From assembly GCA_963977445.1 (NCBI GenBank), contig CAXBPH010000045.1, positions 1 through 34,085 on the forward strand: a DNA stretch of 34,085 nucleotides, read 5' to 3'. The position numbers were made by a program, and so were the translations under genes. This document shows positions 24,567 to 33,997 of this stretch, piece by piece; positions within the stretch are counted from its first letter, which is position 1; every line of letters begins with the position of its first letter. The notes beneath the pieces are model-generated. The model worked only from the letters and a program-made list of their open reading frames with translations, searched no databases and had not been told where the DNA came from. Source of the stretch: an uncultured bacterium. GTDB lineage: Bacteria > Hydrogenedentota > Hydrogenedentia > Hydrogenedentales > JAEUWI01.

Positions 24567-25826
24567 TCAGGGGTGGAACGGAAACTCGGGCTTTGTGCGA
24601 AGCGCGACGGGCGGAACGGAAGCCATATCACAGGATTCCACCACAACGACCCCCGATGGCGTGACGCGATATCGGCGGGCGTCCTTTTCCAGGTCATATC
24701 CTATTTCGGCGTGCTCCGGTATACGCACATTCTTTTCCACGATAACTTTTCTCAGCCGTGCATGGCGTCCCACGTCTACCCCGCTGAACAAGACAGACTC
24801 CTCTACATGGGAATAGCTGTTAACACGGACCCGGGGCGAAAGGACAGACCGAATGACCTGCCCTCCACTGATGATGCAGCCGGGGCTGACGATAGAGTCC
24901 GTCGCCACCCCGAAGCGACCATCGGGTTCGGCAAAGACAAACTTGGCCGGTGGATGGGGCGCGAGGGTGAGCTGCAGGGGCCACGACGTGTCGTAGAGGT
25001 TAAACTGGGGGTCCACTTCCACCAAATCGATATTGGCTTCCCAGAAACTGTCCAAGGTGCCCACGTCCCGCCAGTAGGGGGCTGCTTTTTTGTTTTCATC
25101 CTGGAAGGGATAGGCGTAGACGCCGACGGTCTCAATCAGCTTTGGCAGGATATCCTTCCCGAAATCGTGGGCGGTCGTCAGGGCGGAATCCGCCAGTATG
25201 CTCTTCCGCAACACATCCATATTAAATAGGTAAATGCCCATGGACGCCAGCGCAGTGCCTGGTTTGTTGGGCTCGGCCACTGGCACGGCGGGTTTTTCTT
25301 CGAAACCGGTCATGCGATTTTCACTATCCACGCGCACGATGCCGTAACGTGTCGCTTCTTCCAGGGGGACCGGCATGGTGGCCACGGTTACGGCTGCTTC
25401 GGCTTGCCGATGGAACTGCACCATCTTCTGGTAGTCCATTTTGTAGATATGATCACCGGAAAGTATTAAGACTTCACTTGGGTTTTCGTGATCGATGGAA
25501 TAGAGGTTATGGTAGATCGCGTCGGCGGTGCCCCGATACCAGGAATCATTCACCCGCATCTGAGGCGGGATGATCTCAATAAACTCCCCAAGTTCAGGGC
25601 GGGTAATATTCCATGCGTAGCGAATATGGCGTGCCAGCGACTGGGACTTGTATTGGGTGAGTATGTGGATGCGCCGACAGAGCGAATTGATGCAGTTGGC
25701 GATCGTAAAATCGATAATTCGATAGACGCCGCCAAAAGGGACGGCAGGTTTGGCACGATTTCGAGTGAGTGGGTGGAGTCGTTCCCCGGCCCCACCGGCC
25801 AAAATAACGGTTAGGACATTTTTCAA
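24567..25826 (-). CDS. glgC: Glucose-1-phosphate adenylyltransferase
   Basis: LAGGAGERLHPLT..RAKPAVPFGG, YRGTADA, SGDHIYKMDY, FEEKP and YWRDVGT. Confidence 0.97.
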   Translation of the reverse strand: MKNVLTVILAGGAGERLHPLTRNRAKPAVPFGGVYRIIDFTIANCINSLCRRIHILTQYKSQSLARHIRYAWNITRPELGEFIEIIPPQMRVNDSWYRGTADAIYHNLYSIDHENPSEVLILSGDHIYKMDYQKMVQFHRQAEAAVTVATMPVPLEEATRYGIVRVDSENRMTGFEEKPAVPVAEPNKPGTALASMGIYLFNMDVLRKSILADSALTTAHDFGKDILPKLIETVGVYAYPFQDENKKAAPYWRDVGTLDSFWEANIDLVEVDPQFNLYDTSWPLQLTLAPHPPAKFVFAEPDGRFGVATDSIVSPGCIISGGQVIRSVLSPRVRVNSYSHVEESVLFSGVDVGRHARLRKVIVEKNVRIPEHAEIGYDLEKDARRYRVTPSGVVVVESCDMASVPPVALRTKPEFPFHP

Positions 25827-25913
25827 ACCAGTACCCTCAATTCTGAGTGAAACGTTTAGACGCTATAACGCTTCCCCACAATGTCAGGCATGAGCAAGTT
25901 GTATCCCGTTGCG

Positions 25914-26597
25914 TCATGATTTCTGGGCCAGATTAGAGAGCGCCTCCGGGTCCAGTACGGTGACTTTACGATTGGCCATTTCCAGAAGGCCGGCGTTCTT
26001 GAGACCGTGGAGAACGGAAGTTGTTGTCTCCCGTGTGGAGCCGACCAGATTCGCCATCTCCTGATGGGTCACACGAATGGTCCGGTCCTGCTTGGATCCC
26101 TGATGATAGAGTCGCAAGAGGCCCGCCGCAATTCTGCCCCGAACCGAACGAAATACGGTTTCGGAAAGTACAAATTCTGCTTCACGCACCCGGTGGCAAT
26201 TGGCCTGGGCAACCGCCAAGGCTAAATCCACTTCTCGTGCAAGGAGCGTTCTAAAATAATCCGCGTGGAGGGATATCAACTCGGTTGGCTCCAGGGCTTC
26301 GGAGAAGTTGGCGCGCCGCTCCCCTTCAATCATGCACTCTTCGCCAAACATGCCGCCGGTGAAAAAGTGTCGAAAGGTAAGTTCCCGACCATCACCCGAA
26401 ACGCGGGAAATCTTGATGCGCCCCGATTTGACCCAGTAGACGGATTCGGAGTCATCCCCGGGAAAATATACAATATGTCGGGCCGGCACGGAGCGCAGTA
26501 CAACGCGCGCGTCTATCTCCAGCTGCAGGGCTTGATTTAAGCCACTGAAGAAGGGCTCGCTCCTCACCATACACGTTTCCTGATACGTTTCCGTCAC
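25914..26597 (-). CDS. Crp/Fnr-family transcriptional regulator
   Basis: cNMP-domain FGEE...RRA; HTH THQEMANLVGSTRETT; AAGGAG RBS before GTG 26597. Confidence 0.92.
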   Translation of the reverse strand: MTETYQETCMVRSEPFFSGLNQALQLEIDARVVLRSVPARHIVYFPGDDSESVYWVKSGRIKISRVSGDGRELTFRHFFTGGMFGEECMIEGERRANFSEALEPTELISLHADYFRTLLAREVDLALAVAQANCHRVREAEFVLSETVFRSVRGRIAAGLLRLYHQGSKQDRTIRVTHQEMANLVGSTRETTTSVLHGLKNAGLLEMANRKVTVLDPEALSNLAQKS

Positions 26598-26731
26598 CGG
26601 AAATGCTCCTTCGCTCGGATGTGTAAACTGCCCCAACCACACTTCGCTCATGCTTAGAAACAACCATAGTTACTTTAGCATGAAAATGGTTTTTTGTCAC
26701 GTAATATCCTGAGATTGTGTGCGAAAGGCAG

Positions 26732-26911
26732 CTAGAAAGGTGCGAATTCTTTCAGAAAACCTGAAATGGCGTCCCGGTACGTATCATAGAAGATGAAGGT
26801 GAAGCGCAGGAAGAAGAACGTGGCAGTGAGTCCGATCCAGGCAAGAATTCCCACCGAGAGGACGGCCGACGGGGAACGTTCCGTTGGAACGTCCTGCGGG
26901 TCAGGATTCAT
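26732..26911 (-). CDS. Small single-pass membrane protein (59 aa)
   Basis: MNPDPQD...VLSVGILAWIGLTATFFFLRFTFIFY; its start overlaps the end of DUF2304 and has AAGGGG upstream. Confidence 0.65.
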   Translation of the reverse strand: MNPDPQDVPTERSPSAVLSVGILAWIGLTATFFFLRFTFIFYDTYRDAISGFLKEFAPF

Positions 26912-27293
26912 GGTCGCTGTCCCCTTCCAGCCGGGCAATGCGATGGGCAAGGAGGGCCACTTCCTGCGCGAGATCGCGATTTCTCTCCGATAATTTCGAG
27001 ATTATCACGGTGAACACCAGCACGACCAACAGCAGGAATAGGAATGAGGCGACGTAGAAGACCGTGAGGTATTGGAAGCCAAAGGACCGGGAAAACCAGA
27101 CGACGGACTGAGGAAAGAGCCCCAGAAAGAGCCCACCACAGGCGGCCGCCAGCCAGAGCAGGGCATAGCGTTCCTTCAAATGGGCCCGACGTACCAGTTC
27201 CAATACGGTTGCCATAAAGGCCACGCTGACGACGAGTAAGCCAATACGGTGGGACAAATAAAAACCGACCATTTCTCCCGTGGAGTCTTCCAT
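26901..27293 (-). CDS. DUF2304-family membrane protein
   Basis: LVRRAHLKERYALLWL...LFP and C-terminal ISKLSERNRDLAQEVALL; directly follows a DPM1-like GT2. Confidence 0.88.
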   Translation of the reverse strand: MEDSTGEMVGFYLSHRIGLLVVSVAFMATVLELVRRAHLKERYALLWLAAACGGLFLGLFPQSVVWFSRSFGFQYLTVFYVASFLFLLLVVLVFTVIISKLSERNRDLAQEVALLAHRIARLEGDSDHES

Positions 27294-27295
27294 GA

Positions 27296-28024
27296 TCAGC
27301 TTCCCTCGTTTTTCGCGCTCGCCGGGGCATAGCGCCTGAAGATATCGATTAAAATGGCAAGACCAACTTTCACCATATAGTAGGCCGCCCCCTGGGGACG
27401 AATGGAGGTGACTCCCCCCTGTCGTGGCCGCATCTGGACCGGAATTTCCACGACCTTCAGACCGTGTTTGTGCAGGATGACGAGTACCTCGGGCTCGGGA
27501 TAATCTTCGGGGTAATTCCGCGAGACAACGTCGATGGCCGCCCGGTTCATCGCGCGGAACCCACTCGTGGTATCGGTAATACCGCCACCAATGAAGAGAT
27601 TGATCCATCGGGAGAGCAGGGACTTTCCAATACGGCGGATGAAACTGGGTCGATAGTCGGAATGGGCGACATAGCGTGAACCAATGACCACGTCGGCGGT
27701 ACCATCTTCGATGCGGGCGACGAGGGCCATGATTTCTTCGGCGGGGTGCTGCCCATCGGCATCACATTGAATGGCGATGTCGTAGTTATTCCGCGCGGCG
27801 TATTTATAGCCCGTCTGCATGCCGCCGCCAATACCGAGGTTAAAGGGCAGCGCCAAGAGCTCCGCGATACCCTGTTTCCGCACAAGCGCCGCGGTGTTGT
27901 CCCGGGAGCCGTCATCCACCACGACAATGTCACACTCGGGAACGGCCGTGCGAATACTTTTCACGACAGGGACGATTGTTGCTTCTTCGTTGTAGGCGGG
28001 AATTATCACCAGAATGCGTGACAC
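27296..28024 (-). CDS. GT2 polyprenol-phosphate glycosyltransferase (DPM1-like)
   Basis: IIPAYNEE, VVDDGSRD, NLGIGG, DADGQH, IGSRY and DTTSGFRA. Confidence 0.93.
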   Translation of the reverse strand: MSRILVIIPAYNEEATIVPVVKSIRTAVPECDIVVVDDGSRDNTAALVRKQGIAELLALPFNLGIGGGMQTGYKYAARNNYDIAIQCDADGQHPAEEIMALVARIEDGTADVVIGSRYVAHSDYRPSFIRRIGKSLLSRWINLFIGGGITDTTSGFRAMNRAAIDVVSRNYPEDYPEPEVLVILHKHGLKVVEIPVQMRPRQGGVTSIRPQGAAYYMVKVGLAILIDIFRRYAPASAKNEGS

Positions 28025-28027
28025 GTA

Positions 28028-29023
28028 TCAGGCTCCACCACGTTGTACGCCAAAGACCCAGAGGCCCTGCAACAGGCCCAATGCACGGGCCAGATCGCGA
28101 ATACACAGGACCAGCCAGCAGTATAGCAGGTCCCATGGCGAAAGAAGTGCACGCAGGCGGAGTGCTATGGGAATATGGAGTGCACCATAGAGCAAGACCA
28201 GCGCCAGATACGCAACGCTCAGAATCCCCCCCCAAGGGGTTACGAATTGTGCCGCAATGATGATGGGAAGGAGAAAGGCGACAACCAGGGAAAGCGGCGG
28301 TGCAATGAGATCGGGCCAACCCGCATACTGGTCGCCCCCCTGTGCGCGCTTGGGATGATCGGTATAGAGTTTTACACGCCAGCAGCCGTGCCGGGCCTGG
28401 GTGCGCAGATAGGACCACAAACGAGTTGGGTGATAGTGGGCGACGATGGCCTCCTTCGTGAAGCGCATACGCCCCCCCGTGTCCTGAAGCTTGTAGGCAA
28501 GGTCATTGTCTTCTCCCGAGGCCCATCGGTAGCTTTCCTCGAAGCCCCCCACGCTGTCATACGAGGTCTTTCGGTAGGCCATATTGAAGGAGCCCAGGAA
28601 ATCGACCTCATCTTCGAACTGGTTGTGTCGGGCCGTAATTTCTGCCTGTACCACCCGGGCGAGTCGGGCCTCCGGATTGGCAATGGCGTAGGTCCCGCCC
28701 ACGGCAATAACGTCGTCTTCGAAGGGAGCTACGAGGCGGCTTATCCAGTCGGGACGTGGGATACAATCGGCGTCGGTGAAGGCCAGAATTTCGCCTTTGG
28801 CCAGCCGCGCGCCCTGATTGCGGGCAACGGAAGGGCCCTGGTTGGTCTGTCGTGCCGTCGTCACGCCGAGAAAGGCTGCGGCAATGGCCGCCGTATCATC
28901 GGTGGACCCATCATCCACCACAATAACCTCGGTGTCGGGGTAATCCTGGGCCAGCGCGGCCTCCAGGCACAACGTGAGGGTAGCTGCGCTGTTGTAGGCG
29001 GGGATGATGATGGAGACGAGCAA
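28028..29023 (-). CDS. GT2 glycosyltransferase with C-terminal membrane segments
   Basis: IIPAYN, VVDDGSTD, ARNQG, FTDADC and GGFEE...GEDNDL; hydrophobic C-terminus. Confidence 0.92.
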   Translation of the reverse strand: MLVSIIIPAYNSAATLTLCLEAALAQDYPDTEVIVVDDGSTDDTAAIAAAFLGVTTARQTNQGPSVARNQGARLAKGEILAFTDADCIPRPDWISRLVAPFEDDVIAVGGTYAIANPEARLARVVQAEITARHNQFEDEVDFLGSFNMAYRKTSYDSVGGFEESYRWASGEDNDLAYKLQDTGGRMRFTKEAIVAHYHPTRLWSYLRTQARHGCWRVKLYTDHPKRAQGGDQYAGWPDLIAPPLSLVVAFLLPIIIAAQFVTPWGGILSVAYLALVLLYGALHIPIALRLRALLSPWDLLYCWLVLCIRDLARALGLLQGLWVFGVQRGGA

Positions 29024-29129
29024 CGTTTTCCTTTCAATACCGTGTTCTGTGGACCCTGAACCAGAGCGTCACGCCCGATTGTATCGACTGCGATACGCAT
29101 CTTGCGAGTCTATGGTTATTTTGACGAAA

Positions 29130-29618
29130 TTATGGTTCAATTTTCCCCGCAACGCGGTCGACCATGGACTTCACGGCGGCCAACAACGGCGCCTTGTTGG
29201 GTCGGTAGGACGAGGGCACCGGTGGTGGGTTGGCGCACAGGGCGGCGAGCTCCCCCATTTCTTCCACTTTTCGTCCCCACCCCCGGCGTTCTATGGCGTC
29301 CGCAATCTCTCGTTGATGGTCATTCATATGTTCGTTGAAGCGTTTGAGCCGGGGAACGGTGATAAAGGGCCGTCCCACGCTCAGGGCATCGAGGGCGGTG
29401 CCAATGCCGGCGTGGCCCACGATGACGCGGGCGTGGCGTTGAATCTCCAGCACCTCCCCCCGTGGCAGGAACTCAAACCAGGCACAGTGGGCCGGGCGAC
29501 ACACGGAGAGGCCCAACTGGACAATGACCTGCTCCTCCGTATCGCGGGCGATATGATCGACCGCATCGATCAAACGCTCAAAATCGAGGAACATGGTGCC
29601 GAGGGTCACATAGATCAT
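29130..29618 (-). CDS. PssE/Cps14G (Alg13-like, GT28 C-terminal) glycosyltransferase subunit
   Basis: MIYVTLGT..FERL, GHAGIGT and VPR...EHMNDHQ. Confidence 0.9.
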   Translation of the reverse strand: MIYVTLGTMFLDFERLIDAVDHIARDTEEQVIVQLGLSVCRPAHCAWFEFLPRGEVLEIQRHARVIVGHAGIGTALDALSVGRPFITVPRLKRFNEHMNDHQREIADAIERRGWGRKVEEMGELAALCANPPPVPSSYRPNKAPLLAAVKSMVDRVAGKIEP

Positions 29619-30085
29619 GGGGCCGGACTTTCGTCGATAAGGGAGCCCACATAGCGCGCCCGAGGACCATAGGCGGCCAGCAATTCGGGCCATTGGACGT
29701 AGAACTCCTCGGCCATCCAATACATGACCCGTCCGGTCACTGAGGGCCGGACCACCTGGGCACCGCATTCAATATAGAGCGCGGGTACCCGAAAGAGCTT
29801 GCCGATAAGTACCACGGGAATGGCGATTTCTGCGCCGGTGGATACGATAAGTTGGGGACGCTCAATCCGGAAGATACGAAAGACCCGAAACAGATTCTTC
29901 AGGAACTCCACCGGATTCTTCGCCATATTGGGTATGAGATAGCGGTTATCCAGTCGTCGGGTCGTGTCGGCATCGTAGCAGAAGTAAAAGACTTCCTGAC
30001 CTTCAAAGGCTTCCTGAAGTTGAAGCATTTCATTGAGGTGTCCACCATGGGAACAGGTACAGCAGATTTTTATGGGATCAGGCAT
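29615..30085 (-). CDS. PssD/Cps14F (Alg14-like) glycosyltransferase subunit
   Basis: CSHGGHL, IVSTGAEIAIP, YIEC, PSVTGR and VQWPEL; 4-bp overlap with the PssE-like gene. Confidence 0.92.
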   Translation of the reverse strand: MPDPIKICCTCSHGGHLNEMLQLQEAFEGQEVFYFCYDADTTRRLDNRYLIPNMAKNPVEFLKNLFRVFRIFRIERPQLIVSTGAEIAIPVVLIGKLFRVPALYIECGAQVVRPSVTGRVMYWMAEEFYVQWPELLAAYGPRARYVGSLIDESPAP

Positions 30086-30275
30086 GGTGGGTCTCGTTGT
30101 GGTTCGCAGTTCTCTCGGTGGATTTTACGAGGCCCCGTGGGCAGATAGCAACGGCGTGTACATACCGTCATTAGCGGGCGCGCCCTTCGCAGGCCCGATG
30201 AAACTAGATTGGCGACGCTGAGGTCGATACAATGGGCCGACATTGTTGTTTAACCCCCTCGAGTCGGCGACACGG

Positions 30276-31889
30276 ATGCACCTCACAGAACGCCTTTCTG
30301 CTATAACGAAGGACTTCAGCGCCTTTCGTCAATCCCTCGCCCCGACATCGCATCGTTGGTCCGGGTGGGAGTGGCTCCTTCTCAGTGCCACCCTCATCAC
30401 CACGTTGTGCCTTGGCCTCGCCAATCTCTCCGTTCCCAGTTTGTGGCACGACGAGCTGGTCCACATTTATGTTGCGAAAAGCATTGCTGCGACGGGGTGG
30501 CCCACGCTGCCCAGTGGGAATTTTTATCCCAGTTCTACGGCCTACAATGTGCTCCTGGCGGTCTTTGTGGGGCTCTTCGGTGACGATGCCTTCTGGGTGC
30601 GCCTGCCTTCGGTGCTGTTGTCGGTATTGAACGTGGGGCTGCTTTACGGTTTCGTTCGGTCCATGTTGGGCCGTAAGGTGGCCGTCGTGGCCGTGCTCTC
30701 GTTGGCCCTCTCCCCCTGGCATCTGGCTTGGGCGCGGCAGGCTCGCCTATACGAATTGCAGCTACTCGTGTACCTCGTGTTTATGGCGGCCTCGTGGTAC
30801 TGGTTTACCCACCGCGACCGGAAACGTGCCCGCCGTTGGGGTATTACTGCGGTCATCGCGTACACCGTCGGCATTTTAACTTCCTTTCATTCCATCCTTT
30901 TTCTGGGGCCGGTGGGTGCCTACGCTATCTGCAACGTGATGCAGGAACGGCGCTGTAAGTCACGCTACGGGCTCGCCATCGTCACGTGTACGGCCTTGGG
31001 CGTGTTGACCATACTCTGGCTTCGCTACAACCCCAACCCGGTGGACCGCGCGGCCGTATTTGAAACCGGCATTGGCGGTATGTTGCTGGATTACCTGCGG
31101 ACCGATCGTTATTTCTACCTGCGCTTTCTGGCAAATAATCTCAGTCGGGGTATACTCCTGCTGGTGTTTCTGGGCACCGGGCTGCTTCTCGCCACCCGGG
31201 ACCGAAAAAGCTTTTACGTGGTGTTGGCTTTCTGGGTGCCGGTGCTCATTCTGACTTTTCTTGTCGGCTATCGCCGCCCCCGGTTCATGTACTTCGCCTA
31301 TCCCTTTTGCATTCTCTTAAGCAGTGTAGGCTTCGTGGGACTCCTGGAACTTCTACGTCTGCATCGGCGCTCCTGGATGCACGGTGGGTTGGCTCTGCTC
31401 ACGGTACTTTTTTTCGCCCGACTTGGCTGGTCCGGCGTTCAATTGGTTGGGGATAGTCTGGATACGGCCTCGGGTGCCCACATCACCCTGGCCCGTCGCC
31501 ATCCCCAATGGAAGAAGCCCACGGCCTGGATAAAGGCCCACCGCACCGACGAGGCCATCCTTACGACGACCTTTTTGCCGGTGTACCATTACGTAGGACA
31601 TGTGGACAATTGGTTTCCCAACCGATACACCCGTTGGGAATACCAGGAATCAGGAATGGCGGGGTTGGGCTCTCTAGCGGAGCTACGGGCCTTTCTGGCC
31701 GAACATCCCCGGGGCTTTTACATCGCCGAAGATTCCCGCTTCATGATGTGGCGTTGGCACGGTGATCTCATCAATGACCTGGGCCTGGAGGCCTTCTGGG
31801 TGGAAAAGCACATGACCCGCGTGGAGGAAGCCTGTAGCGATGATGTGCAGGTCTGGCAATGGGATTTCACTGGAGGCGTTCCTGAATGA
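30276..31889 (+). CDS. GT-C fold membrane glycosyltransferase (ArnT/PMT-like)
   Basis: SLWHDE in the first periplasmic loop, RLPSV, SPWH...QARLY and many TM helices. Confidence 0.88.
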   Translation: MHLTERLSAITKDFSAFRQSLAPTSHRWSGWEWLLLSATLITTLCLGLANLSVPSLWHDELVHIYVAKSIAATGWPTLPSGNFYPSSTAYNVLLAVFVGLFGDDAFWVRLPSVLLSVLNVGLLYGFVRSMLGRKVAVVAVLSLALSPWHLAWARQARLYELQLLVYLVFMAASWYWFTHRDRKRARRWGITAVIAYTVGILTSFHSILFLGPVGAYAICNVMQERRCKSRYGLAIVTCTALGVLTILWLRYNPNPVDRAAVFETGIGGMLLDYLRTDRYFYLRFLANNLSRGILLLVFLGTGLLLATRDRKSFYVVLAFWVPVLILTFLVGYRRPRFMYFAYPFCILLSSVGFVGLLELLRLHRRSWMHGGLALLTVLFFARLGWSGVQLVGDSLDTASGAHITLARRHPQWKKPTAWIKAHRTDEAILTTTFLPVYHYVGHVDNWFPNRYTRWEYQESGMAGLGSLAELRAFLAEHPRGFYIAEDSRFMMWRWHGDLINDLGLEAFWVEKHMTRVEEACSDDVQVWQWDFTGGVPE

Positions 31890-32842
31890 GTGACGTATCC
31901 ACCGCCCCACCTCGCCGTTCCTGGGGAAAGTATCTTTTTCTGGTGGGCCTGGTCCTTATTTCAATACTTGGCTGGCGATTTGGCTGGACGAATCTCGCCG
32001 GACTCATCCAGGGCGCCGCGCTGGACCAGTTGGCGTTTATGTCGGCCCTGATTCTGGCCGGTTTCTGGATACGTGCCTGGAAATGGCATCGAGCCCTCGG
32101 GCCGGGCCGCCAGGGAGTACGTCTCTTTTTCATTGCCAAGATGGCCGGTAACTTTACCCCCGGTCGCGCAGGTGAATTGGCACCCCTGCTCCTGACCCAG
32201 CACCGCAACGCACGGGTGGCCGCCTGGATCGGCCTTGACCGACTGGTTGAAGTGGTCTGGACCCTGGGCCTCGGCGTGTTGGGGGCGGCCTACATCGGGG
32301 TTCTTCCATGGTGGTCGGTCATCACGATGGTGTGTGGTGGCATTGCCGCCGCTGTACTCGCGTACTATGCCCTCCGTCGTGGCTGGTTTCGCTATCAGGA
32401 AGTCGATCAGGCGGAACGCCCCATGACCTGGTGGGGCCGCGCCGGGCGACTGTTAAACAACCTGCGCGATGAAGTTACCCTCTTCGGCAACAAAATGCCC
32501 CTCATCATGGCGTGCACCGCCCTGGCGAAAGCAACCGACATTTACGCGGTAATCCTTTTGTGTCGTGCCTTCTCCTATGACGCGTCCTTCTTGCTCGTCT
32601 CTGCTGCTCGGTGCGCCCATGCCCTGGTCAGTGCAGTGCCCGTCACGCCCGATGCGACGGGCGTGCCCTTCATTGCCGCGGCCTGGTGCCTGAACACCTA
32701 CGCCCAGATTCCCTATGACACCCTCACGGCGGCCCTGGGATTGGAGGTCATCGTCATAAATGCTATACTCTGGGCATGCTTTTGCGCTGTTTCTGCCCTC
32801 AATTGGCCCGCTGAACCCAACGATAAATCTGCCCGCCCATAG
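31886..32842 (+). CDS. Lysylphosphatidylglycerol-synthase-TM/UPF0104 flippase-like membrane protein
   Basis: RAWKW, GNFTPGRAGE, DRLVE and PVTP..TG; ATGA overlap with the GT-C gene. Confidence 0.85.
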   Translation: MSDVSTAPPRRSWGKYLFLVGLVLISILGWRFGWTNLAGLIQGAALDQLAFMSALILAGFWIRAWKWHRALGPGRQGVRLFFIAKMAGNFTPGRAGELAPLLLTQHRNARVAAWIGLDRLVEVVWTLGLGVLGAAYIGVLPWWSVITMVCGGIAAAVLAYYALRRGWFRYQEVDQAERPMTWWGRAGRLLNNLRDEVTLFGNKMPLIMACTALAKATDIYAVILLCRAFSYDASFLLVSAARCAHALVSAVPVTPDATGVPFIAAAWCLNTYAQIPYDTLTAALGLEVIVINAILWACFCAVSALNWPAEPNDKSARP

Positions 32843-32974
32843 CACCTCGTGGTGCCACGGGACGGCGAGAGCAGTTTAATTAATACGTCGGGATCGCTGA
32901 TACAGCGTGGTTCCCTTCTTCGACAATATACACACCTAGTAAACAACGTTGTAGTTGCAGAAAGTCATGTACCC

Positions 32975-33997
32975 ATGAAAAAACATACCATTGGTGTTCT
33001 ACTTATCAATACGGGCTCCTCTTCCGCGCCCAAGGTGCCAGAGACCCGGGCCTACCTGAAGCAGTTTCTGTCCGATGCGCGAATCATCGATACGGCCGCC
33101 TGGAAGCGCTGGATTATTGTGAACTGCTTCGTTCTGCCCTTTCACCCGAAGTACACGGCCGAGGCCTATGAAGCCATCTGGACCGACCGTGGTTCGCCCC
33201 TTATCACCATCAGTGAGGACTTCGCCGAAGCACTGTCGAAGGAACTGCCCGAAATGGAAATTGAGATTGGGATGGCCTACGGCGATCCTTCTATTGAAGC
33301 GGGCATGGAAAAGCTCATCGCCAAGGGTGTGGACCGTATCATCATTGCCCCCATGTTTCCCCAATATGCTTCCGCCACCACCGGTGCGGTCTTTGAGCGT
33401 TCCTTCACCCATGCGGCGAAGAAGTGGAACGTCCCCTGCCTCACCGCTCTCCCGCCCTACTACGATGATGAGGGCTACCTGGATGCCTGGCAGGCCGTTG
33501 CGGAAGAGAAACTGGCCGTCTTCAAGCCCGACCACGTGCTCCTCAGCTATCACGGGCTGCCCGAGCGCCAGATTAAGAAAGGGGATGCATCCGGGTGCCA
33601 TTGTCTGGTGAAGCAGGATTGTTGTGAGACGGAAAACGACGTCAACAAGAACTGCTATCGTCGTCATTGTATCTTTACGTCCAAAGCCATTATTTCGCGT
33701 CTTAAGCTGGAGGAAGGTCACTATTCCGTTACCTTCCAGTCTCGCCTGGGACGGGACCCCTGGCTGAGTCCTGCCACGGACCAGACGGTGGAAGCGCTGG
33801 CGAAGAATGGGGTGAAGCGTCTGGCCATCCTCTCCCCCGCCTTCACCGCCGACTGTCTTGAAACGCTGGAAGAAATCGGCATGCAGGCGAAAGAAAGTTT
33901 CATCGAGCATGGTGGCGAGGCATTTGAATTGATTCCTTCGCTGAATACCCATCCCCAGTGGGTCGCTGCCTTTGCGGATATCATTAAATCGGTGTAA
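32975..33997 (+). CDS. hemH: Ferrochelatase
   Basis: GVLLINTG, GSPL, MAYGDP, PMFPQYA, SYHGLP, FQSRLG..PWL and FTADCLETLEEI. Confidence 0.96.
   Translation: MKKHTIGVLLINTGSSSAPKVPETRAYLKQFLSDARIIDTAAWKRWIIVNCFVLPFHPKYTAEAYEAIWTDRGSPLITISEDFAEALSKELPEMEIEIGMAYGDPSIEAGMEKLIAKGVDRIIIAPMFPQYASATTGAVFERSFTHAAKKWNVPCLTALPPYYDDEGYLDAWQAVAEEKLAVFKPDHVLLSYHGLPERQIKKGDASGCHCLVKQDCCETENDVNKNCYRRHCIFTSKAIISRLKLEEGHYSVTFQSRLGRDPWLSPATDQTVEALAKNGVKRLAILSPAFTADCLETLEEIGMQAKESFIEHGGEAFELIPSLNTHPQWVAAFADIIKSV

Noticed and set aside
27294..27608. N-terminal extension of the DUF2304 ORF to 235 aa
   Set aside because: It overlaps the upstream GT2 in another frame; ATG 27293 with GAGGG upstream fits the family length.
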